A DNA stretch of 39,143 nt from assembly GCF_006345805.1 (NCBI RefSeq), contig NW_021835694.1, positions 1-39,143 on the forward strand, read 5' to 3'. This DNA comes from Octopus sinensis (taxonomy: Eukaryota). How positions within the stretch are numbered: the first letter of the stretch is position 1; every line of letters starts with the position of its first letter. Below are positions 1-13,454 of the stretch, in pieces. A program made the translations under genes and the position numbers. The notes under the pieces were generated by a model, which saw only the letters and a list, made by a program, of their open reading frames with translations, was not told where the DNA came from and did no database searches.

Positions 1-362
1 GTGTGATATATATATATATATATATACATACATACATACATACAAATATACACACATATACGCATACATGTGTATATACGTGTATACACATACATTGCTT
101 AAGTTCAGAATGGATACCACAAGGCATTTCATTAAACGCCCCGATTTCTTGGCAATTTTATTCCCGATGTGCATATAGTTTACCGTTACACACATACACA
201 CGCACTCATATGGACAAACACCCCACCCAACCACTCACAAATATGTGTGTGTGTGCGTGTGTGTATAGATACATAGATAACACATATGTATGTATGCATA
301 TATATATGAATATGTGTATATATAATAATATATATTATATATATATATATTATATAACACGT

Positions 363-397
<35 letters not shown>

Positions 398-409
398 TAT
401 AATATATCT

Positions 410-745
410 GAGACTCCATTCGGTCATGACTAACAATGGGATTGCGCCTAGGAAGTTACCCTCCCAGGCACAAGTCTGGGCAAGGTTGTTTATGAGAGAC
501 CAGCAGTTGCTCATGCATACCGGCGCCCCCTCTCCACGCCACCAGTGTTACCCAAGGGAAAGGCAACGGCCGATACAGCTTGCCATCTGTGACGTCGTAA
601 CTCATTTCTACAGCTGAGTGAAATGGAGCAATGTGAAATATAGTACCTTGCTTAAGAACACAACGCATTGCTCGGTCCGGGATCCGAACTCACAACCTCA
701 CGATCGTAAGCTCGACACTCTAACCACTGAACCATGCGCATTCAC
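410..745 (-). mobile_element. tRNA-derived SINE (CORE-like body, tail type 1)
   Basis: Reverse complement begins GCGCATGGTTCAGTGGTTAGAG (A box) then GAGTTCGGATCCC (B box). Body 'ttgctccatttcactcagctg' resembles the bodies of the copies at 13093-13416 and 21806-22061. Confidence 0.8.
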
Positions 746-746
746 A

Positions 747-810
<64 letters not shown>

Positions 811-1028
811 ATGAGAGATAGTGAGAAAGAGACAGAGAGAGTGTGCGGGGTATATGCATGAGTGAGTAAGTGAGTGATTGAGGGAGGGAGGGAGGGATGG
901 AGTGAGTGAGTGAAACAACATGAAAGAAAGGGTATTCACAACTAGCAGCTCTGGAATCATCTACTATCACCTAAAACTTTCTAAAGGTGAAAGGCTAAAA
1001 CCACCCAGACTCACGCAGCAGCAACAAT

Positions 1029-1440
1029 TACAACTTCAGAACCTCTCCATCCTACTCTCTAAAATGAAACTGTCTCATAAATAATGTTGTCTATAGTGCA
1101 GCTGTAACTTCGAACACTACTCCTCTTACTACATCAACATATATAGGATCAACAATAAGCCAATTCAAAATGCGATAAAAGTAACATGCACATACTTTCC
1201 GTAACCCAAAAACTGAAGTGGCACTCCACTATCCAAACTTATATAGACAGTAAAATCAGAGAACGACCCATTTAGAATCAATTGGAAAATATTGTCAAAC
1301 GAACAACCATACGAAAGAAAACAACAAACCCTGCCAAATTTGTGCTAATGAATCCTACCACATTCCCATATTTAGGAATCAGATATTTAACCGAAACTCT
1401 AAATTAGTCTTTTCTTGCATACATAAAATCTTCAAAATGC
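1029..1440 (+). pseudogene. Degenerate Penelope-like GIY-YIG endonuclease (C-terminal ORF remnant)
   Basis: Manual translation from 1071: CLINNVVYSAAVTS...TYIGSTISQFKMR*K*HAHTFR...LSKLI*TVK...INWKIL...PY...CQICANE...NRNSKLVFSCIH. This follows the VVY/YIG...R..H...LS.(W)...W.I...C..C..E...N...C.H pattern of PLE endonucleases, with stops and frameshifts. Confidence 0.75.
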
Positions 1441-1749
1441 TAAGATATTTCAAACCATTAGTCCTTTCTATCTCCTTTACTTCTTATTCCCCACCACACC
1501 ATCACCATAAACAATCTTCATAATGTATATGAGCACTAATATCATGGCTTTCCACTAGTAAGTCCAATATGCATACGCATAATTCTGTGTGGGGGGTGGG
1601 TGCGTGTGTGATTATATTCTGTACAACAGAATATATTTACAGGCTTTAATCAGCAGATATATACACAGATATATATACACTTCGTCTGTATATACAATAT
1701 CTTATGAATCGTAAAGAAAATTATCAACCGAACAGCCAGACAGACAGGC

Positions 1750-1890
<141 letters not shown>

Positions 1891-2063
1891 GACTGAGACA
1901 CAGAGAAATAAATAGATTTCGGGAGAAGCATAAATGTCACAACATCTTATTTTCGAGCAATCTTGTTTCTTATTTCAAAACAGACCAAATGGCGCAATCT
2001 TACTTTAAATAAGCACATGCCTAGACCGCTTTGCTGGATCTCACTTTCTTTTTCTATCTTTTA

Positions 2064-2066
<3 letters not shown>

Positions 2067-2130
<64 letters not shown>

Positions 2131-2435
2131 CTCTCTCTCTTTCTACCTCTCTACCCCTCTCTCTGATCTTTCACTCTTTCTCACTCTCTGCTTCTCTCTC
2201 TCATCTTTCACTCTTTCTCACACTCTACCCCTCTCTCTGATCTTTCACTCTTTCTCACTCTCTGCTTCTCTCTCTCATCTTTCACTCTTTCTCACACTCT
2301 ACCCCTCTCTCTGATCTTTCACTCTTTCTTCTTCTCTACCTCTCTCTCTTATCCTTCACTATTTCTCATTCTCTGTCTTTCGTTCTTTCGCACTTTCTCT
2401 CTGTCTTTCTCCCGCTCTCTCTCCCTCCTTGCCTC
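2067..2435. repeat. (CT)n plus 74-bp pyrimidine-rich minisatellite
   Basis: 'ctacccctctctctgatctttcactc' recurs at 2151, 2225 and 2299. Confidence 0.85.
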
Positions 2436-2835
2436 TGTGCATATGTACATGTGTCTATATATGTATGTATCTAAGTATCTGTCTGTGCAGTCCTGTCTCT
2501 ATGAGTTCATGATTATCTCTGTGTGTGTATGTATGTGGAGGGGTTGTGTTTCTGCGTGTGTCTGTATGCTTTTGTATGTATGTATATATATGTGGGGGAG
2601 GCGGGGCTTGTGTGTGTTTTTTATGTTTGTGTGTGCGTGCGGATATGTGTGGGCGTGTATGTGTGCGTTTCTCTATGTGCATGTGTATGTGTTTGTGTGT
2701 GTGAGTGTGTGTGTTCCGCTATATACGCCATTCCATATCACGTGGTCCCTGTATCACTGGCGGACATTTTCTACTAATTAATCATATATCTTCCATTGGA
2801 CAAATTCTGTGAGCAAGAATTAGAAGCTGCGGTAT

Positions 2836-3363
2836 TAACAACAACAGCAGCAGAAGCAGGCGCAGCAGCAGCTGCAGTAAGAACAACACGAGCAACAACA
2901 ACAACAACAACAACAGCAACAGCTGCTCTAGTAACAACAAAAACAACATCGATAACTAATGTAACAGCAACGACAACAACAACAACAGCTGCAACAGCAG
3001 GAAAAACAACAACAACAACAACAGTTTTAACCAGTACAACGCTAACTGCAATAGCAGCGTCAACAACAACAACAACACAAACAGCAAAAAAAACCCTGCT
3101 CAAATCAAAACAATAAGAAAAACATCAAAAACTGAGCCAACATCATCGACAACCACAACAGTAACAGCAACAACAAACAGAAAGGAAGAAAGAAAAACAA
3201 GAACAACAATGACGATAACAAGCACGGCAACAACAGCAATAAATGTAACAGGGATAAGATATTTTTTTCTATCGTATTTCAAGCTTTTTTTACTTTTTCT
3301 TTCTGTTTGGTTAATTTTTGTCCTTTTTCTATTTCATCTGATATCAAACATCGCCATCATCAC

Positions 3364-3403
<40 letters not shown>

Positions 3404-3527
3404 TTCATCAACAACTCCGTCGTCATCATCGCCGCCATTCTCATCATCATCGTCGTCGTCGTCGTCGTCACCATCATCATCATCATCATCATCATCATCA
3501 CCAACACCGTCGTCATCATCGCCATTC

Positions 3528-3558
<31 letters not shown>

Positions 3559-4380
3559 AATCATCATCATCATAATCATCATCATCGTCATCATCACCAT
3601 CATCACAGTCATCATCGCCGTCATCATGATCGCCATCATCATCATCGCCATCATGATCATCACCATCATCATCATCGCCATCACCATCATCGCCGTCGTC
3701 ATCATCATCATTACCAAACCCACCAGTCATTATCATCGTCATCAACTCTACCATCATCATCGTTATCACCATCATCACCATCATCGTTACCATACCAACC
3801 ACTATCATCATCACTAACATCGTCATTATAAACACTACCAATCATCATCACCATCATCATCATAATTACCACCACCGTCATCATCGGCGTCGTCATCATC
3901 ATCATCAACCACTTCTATTGCCATTAGACTACTCTCACTGCTACAACCACCACAGTTGTAAGCACCACCACCACAACTAGTAGCTCTACTACCATCAACA
4001 ACACCAGTACTACCACCAGCATCACCACCATCACCACTCTACTACCACCACCTACACTACAACCACTACTACCCAGACCACCACTACCACAACCACAACC
4101 ATCTCTACCACTACAACAACCACCACCACCACAACCACTACCACCACCTACACTACAACCACTACTAATAACAACACCATAACAACTACCACAACTACTT
4201 CTACCACAACCACTACAACCAATATCTCTACTACGACTATCACCCCACTACCACTAGCAACCTCACCACAACCACCACCACCCACCACAACCACCACTAC
4301 CCGCCACAACCACCTTTATCCCTACTACTAATATCACCACCACCACCAACAACAACAACAACCCAACCACCACCGCCGTC
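2836..4380. repeat. Degenerate trinucleotide tracts (ACA)n, (CAT)n, (ACC)n
   Basis: Directly visible; source of the poly-T, poly-H, poly-I and poly-D ORFs. Confidence 0.9.
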
Positions 4381-4646
4381 CCCACTAATGAATCATAATT
4401 GACCGAAAAAGTAAATCATTCAACCTGAAAACTTTGTTGGAATAAAAGTTCCATATTTTGGTTGAGAAGTTCCAAGATTTCACTTCAAAGTCTTGCTGTC
4501 TCTTGTTCAAGAGTGTGTGCGTGTATGTATATATGTGTGTGTGTGTGTGTGTGTGGTGTGTGTGTGTATATATATATATATGTCAGTGTGTGTCACTTCC
4601 GAATATATATATATATATATTCAGAAGTGACACACATACACACGCA

Positions 4647-4683
<37 letters not shown>

Positions 4684-4810
4684 TTATATATATACACGCC
4701 TCTGTGTGTATGTATGTGTACATATTAAATATGCAGATGTGCATCTATGTTTATACATACAAACACACACCCACACATACACACACACACACACACATAT
4801 ATGTATAGAT

Positions 4811-5235
4811 GCAGGTGTAGTTGTGTGGTAAGTAGCTTGCTTGCAAACCACATGGTTCTGGGTTCAGTCCCACTGCATGGCACCTTGGGCAAGTGTCTTC
4901 TACTATAGCTTCACCAAAGCCTTGTGAGTGGATTTGGTATTTAGAAACTAAAAGAAGCCCGTCGTATATAAATATATATATAGGTGTGTGTGGGGGGCGT
5001 GTATGTTTGTATGTCTGTGTTCGTCCCCCAACCACCATCGCTTGACAACCGATGCTGGTGTGTTTACATCCCCGTAAATTAGCTGTTCGGCAAAAGAAAC
5101 CGATAAAATAAGTACTAGGCTTACAAAGAATAAGTCTTAGGTTCGATTTGTTCGACTAAAAGTGGTGCTCCAGCATGGCTGCAGCCAAATGGGTGAAACA
5201 AGTAAAAGAATAAAAGAATAAAATAGTAAAAGAAT
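4811..5235 (+). mobile_element. SINE family A, full length (tRNA-like head, CORE-like CCTTGGGCAAGT, internal microsatellite, LINE-like tail)
   Basis: Head 'gcaggtgtagttgtgtggtaagtagcttgc...gggttcagtccc', tail 'ggtgctccagcatggc...gaaacaagtaaaagaata'. About ten whole or partial copies occur in the window. Confidence 0.9.
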
Positions 5236-5277
5236 ATATATGTATGTGCGTATGTAGGTTTATGACTGGTTGTAGAT

Positions 5278-5308
<31 letters not shown>

Positions 5309-5364
5309 GTGTGTCTGACTTAAACGTACAGATGTGAATATATACATATATGTATATATATATA

Positions 5365-5970
<606 letters not shown>

Positions 5971-6018
5971 ATAATTGTATGTATACACCTACATACATAC
6001 ATACATACATACATACAT

Positions 6019-6192
6019 GGGCGCAGGTGTGGCTGTGTGGTAAAAAGGCTGCTTCCCAACCACATAGTTCCGGGTTCAGTCCCACTGCGTGGCATCTTGG
6101 GCAAGTATCTTCTACGATAGCTTCGGGCAGGTCAAATCCTTGTGAGTGGATTTGGTAGACGGAAACTGAAAGAAGCCCGTCGTATATATATA

Positions 6193-6239
<47 letters not shown>

Positions 6240-7025
6240 GAGTAAAACGCTCCTCATCCAACATTTAAACCAAATTTTCTCAAAACAACTTGTCTGACCG
6301 TCCGACATCCCATAGTCTTACCCTTTGAGAAACACTGATTTAACCTAAATTTGAGACACCAGCAAAAAAAGAAATAAAGATAGACTTTTTTTCTAATCCA
6401 AAGAAAAACTATTATATTCACACAAATATGCAACCGAAGAGTTTAAAGTATCAGTAATGATAGGGCTGTTGACTAGGAGAACACAAACATGGTTTAAACA
6501 GTAAGCTTGGCAGGAAAGAAACGTGCCTTTAAGCAGTACAAAAACAACAAAAAATGGAAGGTGCAGTTATGTACAGGTTAACGGAAGAAAAGAAGGACAA
6601 AATCTGCTTTATCGATCGCATTCTCACCTGGAATCGATTCTTGTAAGTTTTTCAAGACTTATACATGCCCTGATACCGTCGATATCTACATATCAAATTT
6701 GAACGCAATCGGATGGAGGATGCCCGAGATCCTAGAACACACACACAGACAGACAGAACGGATTTTATATAATAGATACGTGTGCGTGTGTGTTTGTGTG
6801 TGTGTGTCGAGAGAAAGATGTTGGTGTTCCACCGCCGCTTGACAACCGGTGCCAGTGTCTTGACGTCCTAATAACTTAGCTGTTCGGCAAGAGAGACCGA
6901 TTGCATAATTGCTAGGCTTTAAAAAAATTACGCACTGGGATCGATTCTTTCCACTAAAAATCCTTCAAGGGGGTGCACCAGCTTGGCCGCAGAAAAATAG
7001 CTGAAACAAATACAAAATAAAAGAT
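6019..7025 (+). mobile_element. SINE family A split by insertions in its internal microsatellite
   Basis: Head half at 6019-6185 and tail half at 6780-7025, with unrelated sequence between. Confidence 0.75.
6640..6776 (-). mobile_element. Helitron-like 5' end fragment
   Basis: Reverse complement starts A|TCTATTATATAAAATCCGTTCTGTCTGTCTGTG...CCGATTGCGTTCAAATTTG, typical of non-autonomous Helitron 5' ends. Confidence 0.55.
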
Positions 7026-7399
7026 AGATCTATGTACGTGTCTATCTGATATCGTAACCCATAGATGTGTATTAATAGGACTCGTTAACTTTGTAGTAAT
7101 GTATATGTGTCTATGTGAATGTTTGATATGTAGAGCAATGGATTTGTGTATCTACGTGACATCTTAAATATATAGAATGCGTGGCTTAGTGGTCAGTGTG
7201 TTGTACTCATGATCGTAAGATCGTGTGGCCAGCCACCTTGTTAGGAACTGGGACCCTAGCATTACATACACAATTGTACATGTAGTGGATTATGAATCTT
7301 AGATTAAGATCATTGATAGTCCTCTTTATGTAAGACTGTAGGTGCTGTCATTTAAAGGAGAATGGTTGGAAACATCACAAATATTTCCATAATTTTCCC

Positions 7400-7790
7400 A
7401 AGTTGGTCCTTTTTATGAACGGCGTTCTACATTGATTTAGCGACGACATCATTTTGCATAGGACGGTAATACATTGATGACCTTTCGAGATACCACTAAA
7501 CATATATAGTGAGTTTTTTTTTAGATATGCACTACAATCGACGTTTTCCCTCCCATTTCGGGAACTTAAGGTTTTCGCTGTCTGCTTTCTTCACAGCTAT
7601 TTACCTGTTATCTTTTGCTCTTGGTTTGTATAATCATAATCTTTGAAATGTAAGAAATGTAAGAGTCAAGCTTACGCGAGAGGCGACACTTTTTATCAAT
7701 ATTAAACATCAGTGACAAGTTTTGGAGGAAACTTTGTCATATATAACCACTCTGTTTTATGAAAGGAATGAGTAGATTTGCTACCAAAAC
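7400..7790 (-). pseudogene. Highly decayed R4/Dong-like (RLE-type) retrotransposon ORF segment
   Basis: Manual translation gives GYI...NIDKK...HFKDYDYTNQEQKITGK*L...RRL*C...FSG...SSMYYRPMQNDVVAKSM*NA, resembling the EG...A.QEQ / C..C..H.SGC / Y..RHD.VA region that precedes the RLE domain. Confidence 0.5.
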
Positions 7791-7878
7791 AAAAAAAGTG
7801 TGCAGTGAAATAATCTGCTTGGAAGATTCATCTCGAAAGAGCTATAGCTTCGGAAAGAGTTGTACTTTCAGTTACAAA

Positions 7879-8228
7879 GGCACATGCGTGACTGTATAGT
7901 AAGAAGCTTGCTTCCCAACCACATGGTTTAGGGTTCAGTCTCACTGCATGATACATTGAACAATAGCCTCGGGCCTACCAAAGCCTTGTGAGTGGATTTG
8001 GTAGAGGGAAACTGAAAGAAGCCTATCGTATATATGTGTGTATCTATGTGTCTTCACCACCACTCGACAACCGATGTTGGTGTGTTTAAGTCCTCGAAAC
8101 TTAACGGTTCGGCAAAAAGAAACCGAATAGGAAGCAGGTTCAAGATAAATAAGTACTGGGGTCGATTCGTTCGACTAAAATTCTCCAAGGCGTTGCCCCA
8201 GCATGTAAAAGATAAAATATAAAGAATA
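7879..8228 (+). mobile_element. SINE family A, degenerate
   Basis: Shares head, 'aaagccttgtgagtggatttggtaga' and tail with 4811-5235. Confidence 0.85.
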
Positions 8229-8455
8229 TTTTACCAGGTCTGTTTGAGACAGTCAACGTCTGCGACAAAGGAAGCTTGCACTTTTACCAAACAGTAATTC
8301 CAGCAACTATGAATGAAGAATCGAGCCAAATACCTTTCCGTAATTAAGTCATTCAATTGTAATTGTAATGTTTCAGTTGTTTATTTTTTTCGTTTTGACT
8401 TCAGACAGCACAAGTTAATTAAGAGTTATACTGTATCCACCCTCATACACACACA

Positions 8456-8514
<59 letters not shown>

Positions 8515-8567
8515 TTCTTCCTACTCACACAGGAATTAGCTGTGACGGCTTCTTTAAAGGTTATTAA

Positions 8568-8765
8568 TCTCTCTATATATAAAGCTGAAGTTGTCTGTGT
8601 ATAGCAGGTTTGGTAGCCTTCAACTAACACTATCTCCTCCGAGACCCTGCGGCGCAAGTTGACCAAAATTTCAGAGTATGATAGAAGAAGGCTTGGTCTT
8701 CCTTGTGCAGAAGAAAAATTTCAAATCGGACCATGTTAACACCAAAAATTATTTACATCAAAAAT
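8568..8765 (+). mobile_element. Helitron-like 5' fragment
   Basis: TCTATATATAAAGCTGAAGTTGTCTGTGT resembles the 5' end of the Helitron at 22116-22633; no 3' CTAG end seen. Confidence 0.5.
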
Positions 8766-9055
8766 ATCTTTCAACTTTTCTTTGTTCCTTATCGCATAAC
8801 TTGTTGTCAGCTGGGCATGCTATATCTATGATCCAGCTTAGTTTGTTTTCTTTCTCAATTAAGACTATGACTGGCTTCCTATTCTCTATCTCATGGTCGC
8901 TATTATTATTATTATTATTATTATTATTGTTATTATTATATGTTTCACGTTTGCTTTGTACTGATACAAGTTGGTTCCAAGTCTCACCCAAAGACCTCAA
9001 GAGACAACAACTTAGAAGTGTCATATATTTGGTTTTGCACATAGTATTGTTCTAG
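8764..9055 (-). pseudogene. R4/Dong-like fragments: restriction-like endonuclease segment (8764-8900) and a probable 3' end with (TAA)n tail (8940-9055)
   Basis: DHEIENRKPVIVLIEKENKLSWIIDIACPADNKLCDKEQRKVERY matches the NR.PD.V...IID..CP.D...KE..K..Y RLE motif, with PD changed to PV. Sits in (TAA)n, a known Dong target. Confidence 0.7.
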
Positions 9056-9087
9056 AGAATGTTTAAGAAAACATAAAATTATTATTC

Positions 9088-9273
9088 CAGTTCTTTATTC
9101 AAGAGATGAGGAATTATGTACATTATTTACATTATTTAGATTTGACGGATATTTGTCCTTATCTTTGTTGTTAACACAGCGTTTCGGCTAATATACCCTC
9201 CAGCCTTCAGGTGTCATGGGGAAATTTCGAACCTGGATTCTCATTCCTAAGGTATTTTTCGATGCTGTTGTTG

Positions 9274-9305
<32 letters not shown>

Positions 9306-9334
9306 TTATTATTATTATTATATTATTATTATTA

Positions 9335-9393
<59 letters not shown>
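9088..9393 (-). mobile_element. Partial copy of the tRNA-head/hammerhead element (core with 3-nt deletion)
   Basis: 9150-9270 aligns with 12691-12825; followed by a long (TAA)n tract. Confidence 0.75.
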
Positions 9394-9395
<2 letters not shown>

Positions 9396-9928
9396 CAATC
9401 ATTATAATCATCATCAATATCATTATCATCATAATCGACTGCGTTATTATCATTGTAACATTCCTTGCCCTCATTATCTCTGCAGTATGTTGCTTTAGCT
9501 TGACTACACCATTCATACATAACAACACACCATTCACAATTTTTTATTATTATTGAAAGTGGTTTCAATGGCTGAATTAGAAGCAGACGATAAGTCTCCA
9601 ATAGCTTTTCTTTTAAAAAAAATTATTTAGAAACAAGAAAATTAGATGTACAAATTGAAGGAAAATTATAAATTATACTATTAAACATGTTTACAGATTC
9701 AACAAATAAATTGAGAATTCCGAGATTGCTTCCAAATTTCTTGATTAACTCGGAAGAATTATCTATGGACAAATTTAAACGAGATTTCTTTTTTATAAAT
9801 TGAGAAATATTATTTAAATCTGAGCTGAATAGGAGAAACATAATTGAAATATGATTTAACTTGTCTGTCTGTCTATTCAACCATCTTTCTCTTAAGTATG
9901 CAGTATCAATTGATCTCTCTATCTCCCT

Positions 9929-10013
<85 letters not shown>

Positions 10014-10108
10014 CAGAGAGACAGACAGACAGACAGACAGACAACAAACAGACAAAGGATAGCAAGAAAGAAGGATTTTGAATAGATACATACATACGTA
10101 CATATACG

Positions 10109-10145
<37 letters not shown>

Positions 10146-10170
10146 ATGCATGTTTGTATGTATGTTTGTG

Positions 10171-10213
<43 letters not shown>

Positions 10214-10511
10214 CTTAATGAAGGTTATCCATTGGAAGTGCTCTTCACTGTGCAGTAATCTGGTGGAAATGAATGAACTAGATACGTGGCAATCCGTATT
10301 AGTTGCAGTTCTTATTAGTATTCACATGAAACTCCCTCTACTGTATGATCCAGTGAACTTCTATACAACTGGTATAAGACTAGTCGATGATTCGTTTGAC
10401 ATGATCGAATGACCTTACGAATCGCATATACAACTTATCATCATAGGTTATCGAACGCAGAAACGTGTGTAACGAATGATATGAAGGAATACTAAAGTCA
10501 TTCTTCAAGTT

Positions 10512-10823
10512 GTGGAGGCACATGGCCTAGTGGTTAGAGCAGCGAACTCGCGGTCGAAGGATCACGGGTTCGAATCTCAGACCGGGCGATGTGTGAGTTT
10601 GTGAGCGAAACACCTAAGTTCCACGCGGCTCCGACAGAAGGTAATGGCGAACTTCTGTTGACTCTTTCGCCATGACTTTCTCTCACTCTTTCCTCCTGCA
10701 TCTTGCAGCTCACATGCGACGGACCGGCGTCCTGTCCAGGTGGGGAACCTATACGCCACGGAAACCGGAAAACCGAGCCTTATGAGCCAGGCATGGCTCG
10801 ACAAGGAACAAACAAAAACAAAA
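10512..10823 (+). mobile_element. tRNA(Arg)-like SINE with Meta/V-like domain
   Basis: TGGCCTAGTGG A box, GGTTCGAATC B box, 'gcgacggaccggcgtcctgtccagg' segment, (CAAA)n tail. Confidence 0.8.
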
Positions 10824-11067
10824 TTCTTCAAGTCGTTCTCTCATAATAAATCAGCACCACAATCACAACCACCACCATCATAACAACTAACTGCAAAACC
10901 ATAAATACTACCACCACAGCTATCACAACCACCATCACAACCATCAATAGAAAAATGATATTGGCAACCACCAGGTTACAGAACCACACCAGATATCATG
11001 CACACACACACATACACATACAAAATGCATACACACACATAATAAAGCACACACGTATAAACATACA

Positions 11068-11362
11068 CACACAAATATCTACTTGGTCACAGAGCTAACA
11101 TGAGGCGAAAGGACGACTATTTTATATAAATAATACATTTCTAAATCTCTCAGAGAGATTTATACAGTAGCAGCACGATAAAGTGATGGTATGTTGTCAA
11201 TTTAATGACACAGTCCCATGAAAGGGAAGAATGCTAGTGTTATTTAGCCCTAGGAAACACCGTTTCCTGTTGGCTTTGACACATTTCCTGTGTTCTTATG
11301 TTTTTAAATGGGAGATAACTGTTTTATATGTTACTCTATTGGTTGCCCTTGAGGCAAATGCA
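11068..11362 (+). repeat. Unclassified interspersed repeat whose two ends recur inverted at 12640-13035
   Basis: 'caaatatctacttg...catgaggcgaaaggac' and 'gttttatatgttactctattggttgccc' match the reverse complements of 12980-13033 and 12645-12688. Confidence 0.65.
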
Positions 11363-11767
11363 TGAACCCATTAAAGCCTGTTACTTATTCTATCGGTCTC
11401 TTTTGCCGAACTTACAAGTTACGGTTACGTAAACACACCAACACCGGTTGTCAGGTAGTGATGGGAGAGAAACACAGACATAGACACACACATTCATACA
11501 CACCCACATTCATACACACACACACATACAAAAATATATACATACATACAAAAGCATACACACATATACAAAAGCACACGCGTATAAACATACATATACG
11601 TACACACACACACTCATACACACACATACATACAAAACACATACATACACATACTCATACACACACACATGCAAAACACATACACACACACACTCATACA
11701 CACACAGATACAAAAAACATGCACACACATACAAAAGCACACACGTATAAACATATATACACACACT

Positions 11768-11832
<65 letters not shown>

Positions 11833-12217
11833 CGTAATAGCAAGTTTGTGTGCTGGCAGAATCGTTAGCTCCCCGTGCAAAATGTTTAGCTGCTGCAAAA
11901 GCGACAACAACAACAACACCAACAGCGTTATCATGAAGTTATCAGCCATTTAACGTTCATGGCTGACATCAAAGGTTGTTTCTGAAAAGACGAAGGGACT
12001 GGATTTCTTCGAAATTGTCCGTTGGAATGGTCATTGTTCAATGCTTAGTTGAATTCTTCATTGTGAGGATGCGGCAAAGCCGTCATCCTGCTCTGTTCTT
12101 CGAGACTTCGTTGCAGAGTTCTGCATAATGGATGAGGCTTGTCAATAAATCTTACGACATGTCAACGTCAACCTTGGGTAACAACAACAACAGTAACAGC
12201 ATCGTAAACTACAACAG

Positions 12218-12625
12218 CAGGCGTGGCTGTGCGGTAAGGAGTTTGCTTCCCAACCACATGGTTTTCGGTTCAGTCCCGCTGCGTGGCACCTTGGGTAAGT
12301 ATCTTCTACTATAGTCTCCAGCTGACCAAGGCCTTGTGAGTAGATTTGGTAGATGGAAACTGAAAGAAGCCCCTTGTGCGGTGTATATATGTGTGTGTGT
12401 GTGTGTCTTTGTGTCTGTATTTGTCCCCCATCGCTGCCTGACAACCGGTGTTGGTGTGTTTACGTATCCGTAACGTGGAAGTTCGGCAAAAGAGACCGAT
12501 AGAATAAGTAACAGGCTTTAAGGGGGGAAAATAAGTAGAGGAGTCGATTCGTTGGACAAAATTTTTCAAGGCGGGGCCCCAGCCTGGTCGCAGTCTAATT
12601 ACTGAAGCAAGAAAAAGATAAAAGA
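12218..12625 (+). mobile_element. SINE family A
   Basis: Head, CORE-like block, internal (TG)n and tail as in 4811-5235. Confidence 0.9.
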
Positions 12626-12690
12626 CAAAAACAACATCAACACCAGTATTTACCTCAGGGGCAACCAATAGAATAACATGTAAAACCATT

Positions 12691-12979
12691 ATATTTGTCC
12701 TCATCTTGTTTGTTGTTAACACAACGTTTCAGTTGATATACCCTCCAGCCTTCATCAGGTGTCTTGGGGAAATTTCGAACCTGGTTCTCATTCCTAAGGT
12801 ATTTATTCGATGTTGTTGTTGTTATTATTATTAAGGTCATTGCCTGGAATCGAACTCGGAATCTTGGGGTTAGTAACCCGCGCCCTTATCCACTACGCCA
12901 TATGCCGTAGGCAATTATGGAGTAAATTTTAGGGTTTATAAATCTATTATTTTCCTATCCTTCCATAAATATAGAACTG
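12691..12979 (-). mobile_element. Element with tRNA-like Pol III head (12834-12907), (AAT/AAC)n linker and hammerhead motif
   Basis: Reverse complement: TGGCGTAGTGG...GAGTTCGATTCC, then GACAC CTGATGA A GGCTG...GAAAC GTT GTGTT. Confidence 0.75.
12718..12763 (-). ncRNA. Minimal type I hammerhead ribozyme motif
   Basis: GACAC CUGAUGA A GGCUG gaggguauau CAACU GAAA CG UU GUGUU. The 9.2-kb copy has UAGCC in stem II, which implies a consensus CAGCC. Stem III is the palindrome ACGU. Confidence 0.75.
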
Positions 12980-13092
12980 TATAAAACAGTTGTCCTTTCG
13001 CCTCATGTCAGCTATGGTCAAGTAGATATTTGTGGTCAAAGCCTTCCCAGCTACGACCATCCCGTCTTTCTAGCTTCCCAGTTTAACTAACT

Positions 13093-13416
13093 GGCATTCC
13101 GTCGCTTACGACGATGGGGGCTCCAGATGATCCGGTCAACGGAACAGCCAGCTCGTGGACGTAATGAACAACTGGCTGAGTATTCCACAGACATGTGTAC
13201 CCTTAATGTCGTTCTCAGGAGGATTCAGCGTGATAGAGAATGTGGGAAGGCTGGCCCCTTTGAATTACAGGTACAACTCACATTAGCCTGCTGAGAGATC
13301 TGGAGCAACGTAGATTAAAGTGTGTTGCTCAAGGACACAGCGCACCGCCGCAAATCGAACTCATGACCTTACTATCGTGAGCCGAACACCTTAACCACTA
13401 AGCTGCGCGGCTTCAC
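13093..13416 (-). mobile_element. tRNA-derived SINE (CORE-like body, tail type 2)
   Basis: Reverse complement head 'gcttagtggttaagg...gagttcgatt'; tail shared with 16368-16728. Confidence 0.8.
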
Positions 13417-13454
13417 TTTTCCCAGAATATTTTTACCATGAATATCGTTATAAT

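Noticed and set aside
2774-3908. Long His-, Ile-, Thr- and Asp-rich ORFs
   Set aside because: Open in several frames on both strands because they translate trinucleotide repeats; no splice or domain evidence.
9620-9880. Possible coding remnant in AT-rich unique sequence
   Set aside because: No recognisable motif on either strand, and stops in the best plus-strand frame.
10512-10585. Genuine tRNA genes here and at 12834, 20298 and 22869
   Set aside because: Acceptor stems are incomplete and the sequences continue into repeat bodies; they are tRNA-derived heads.
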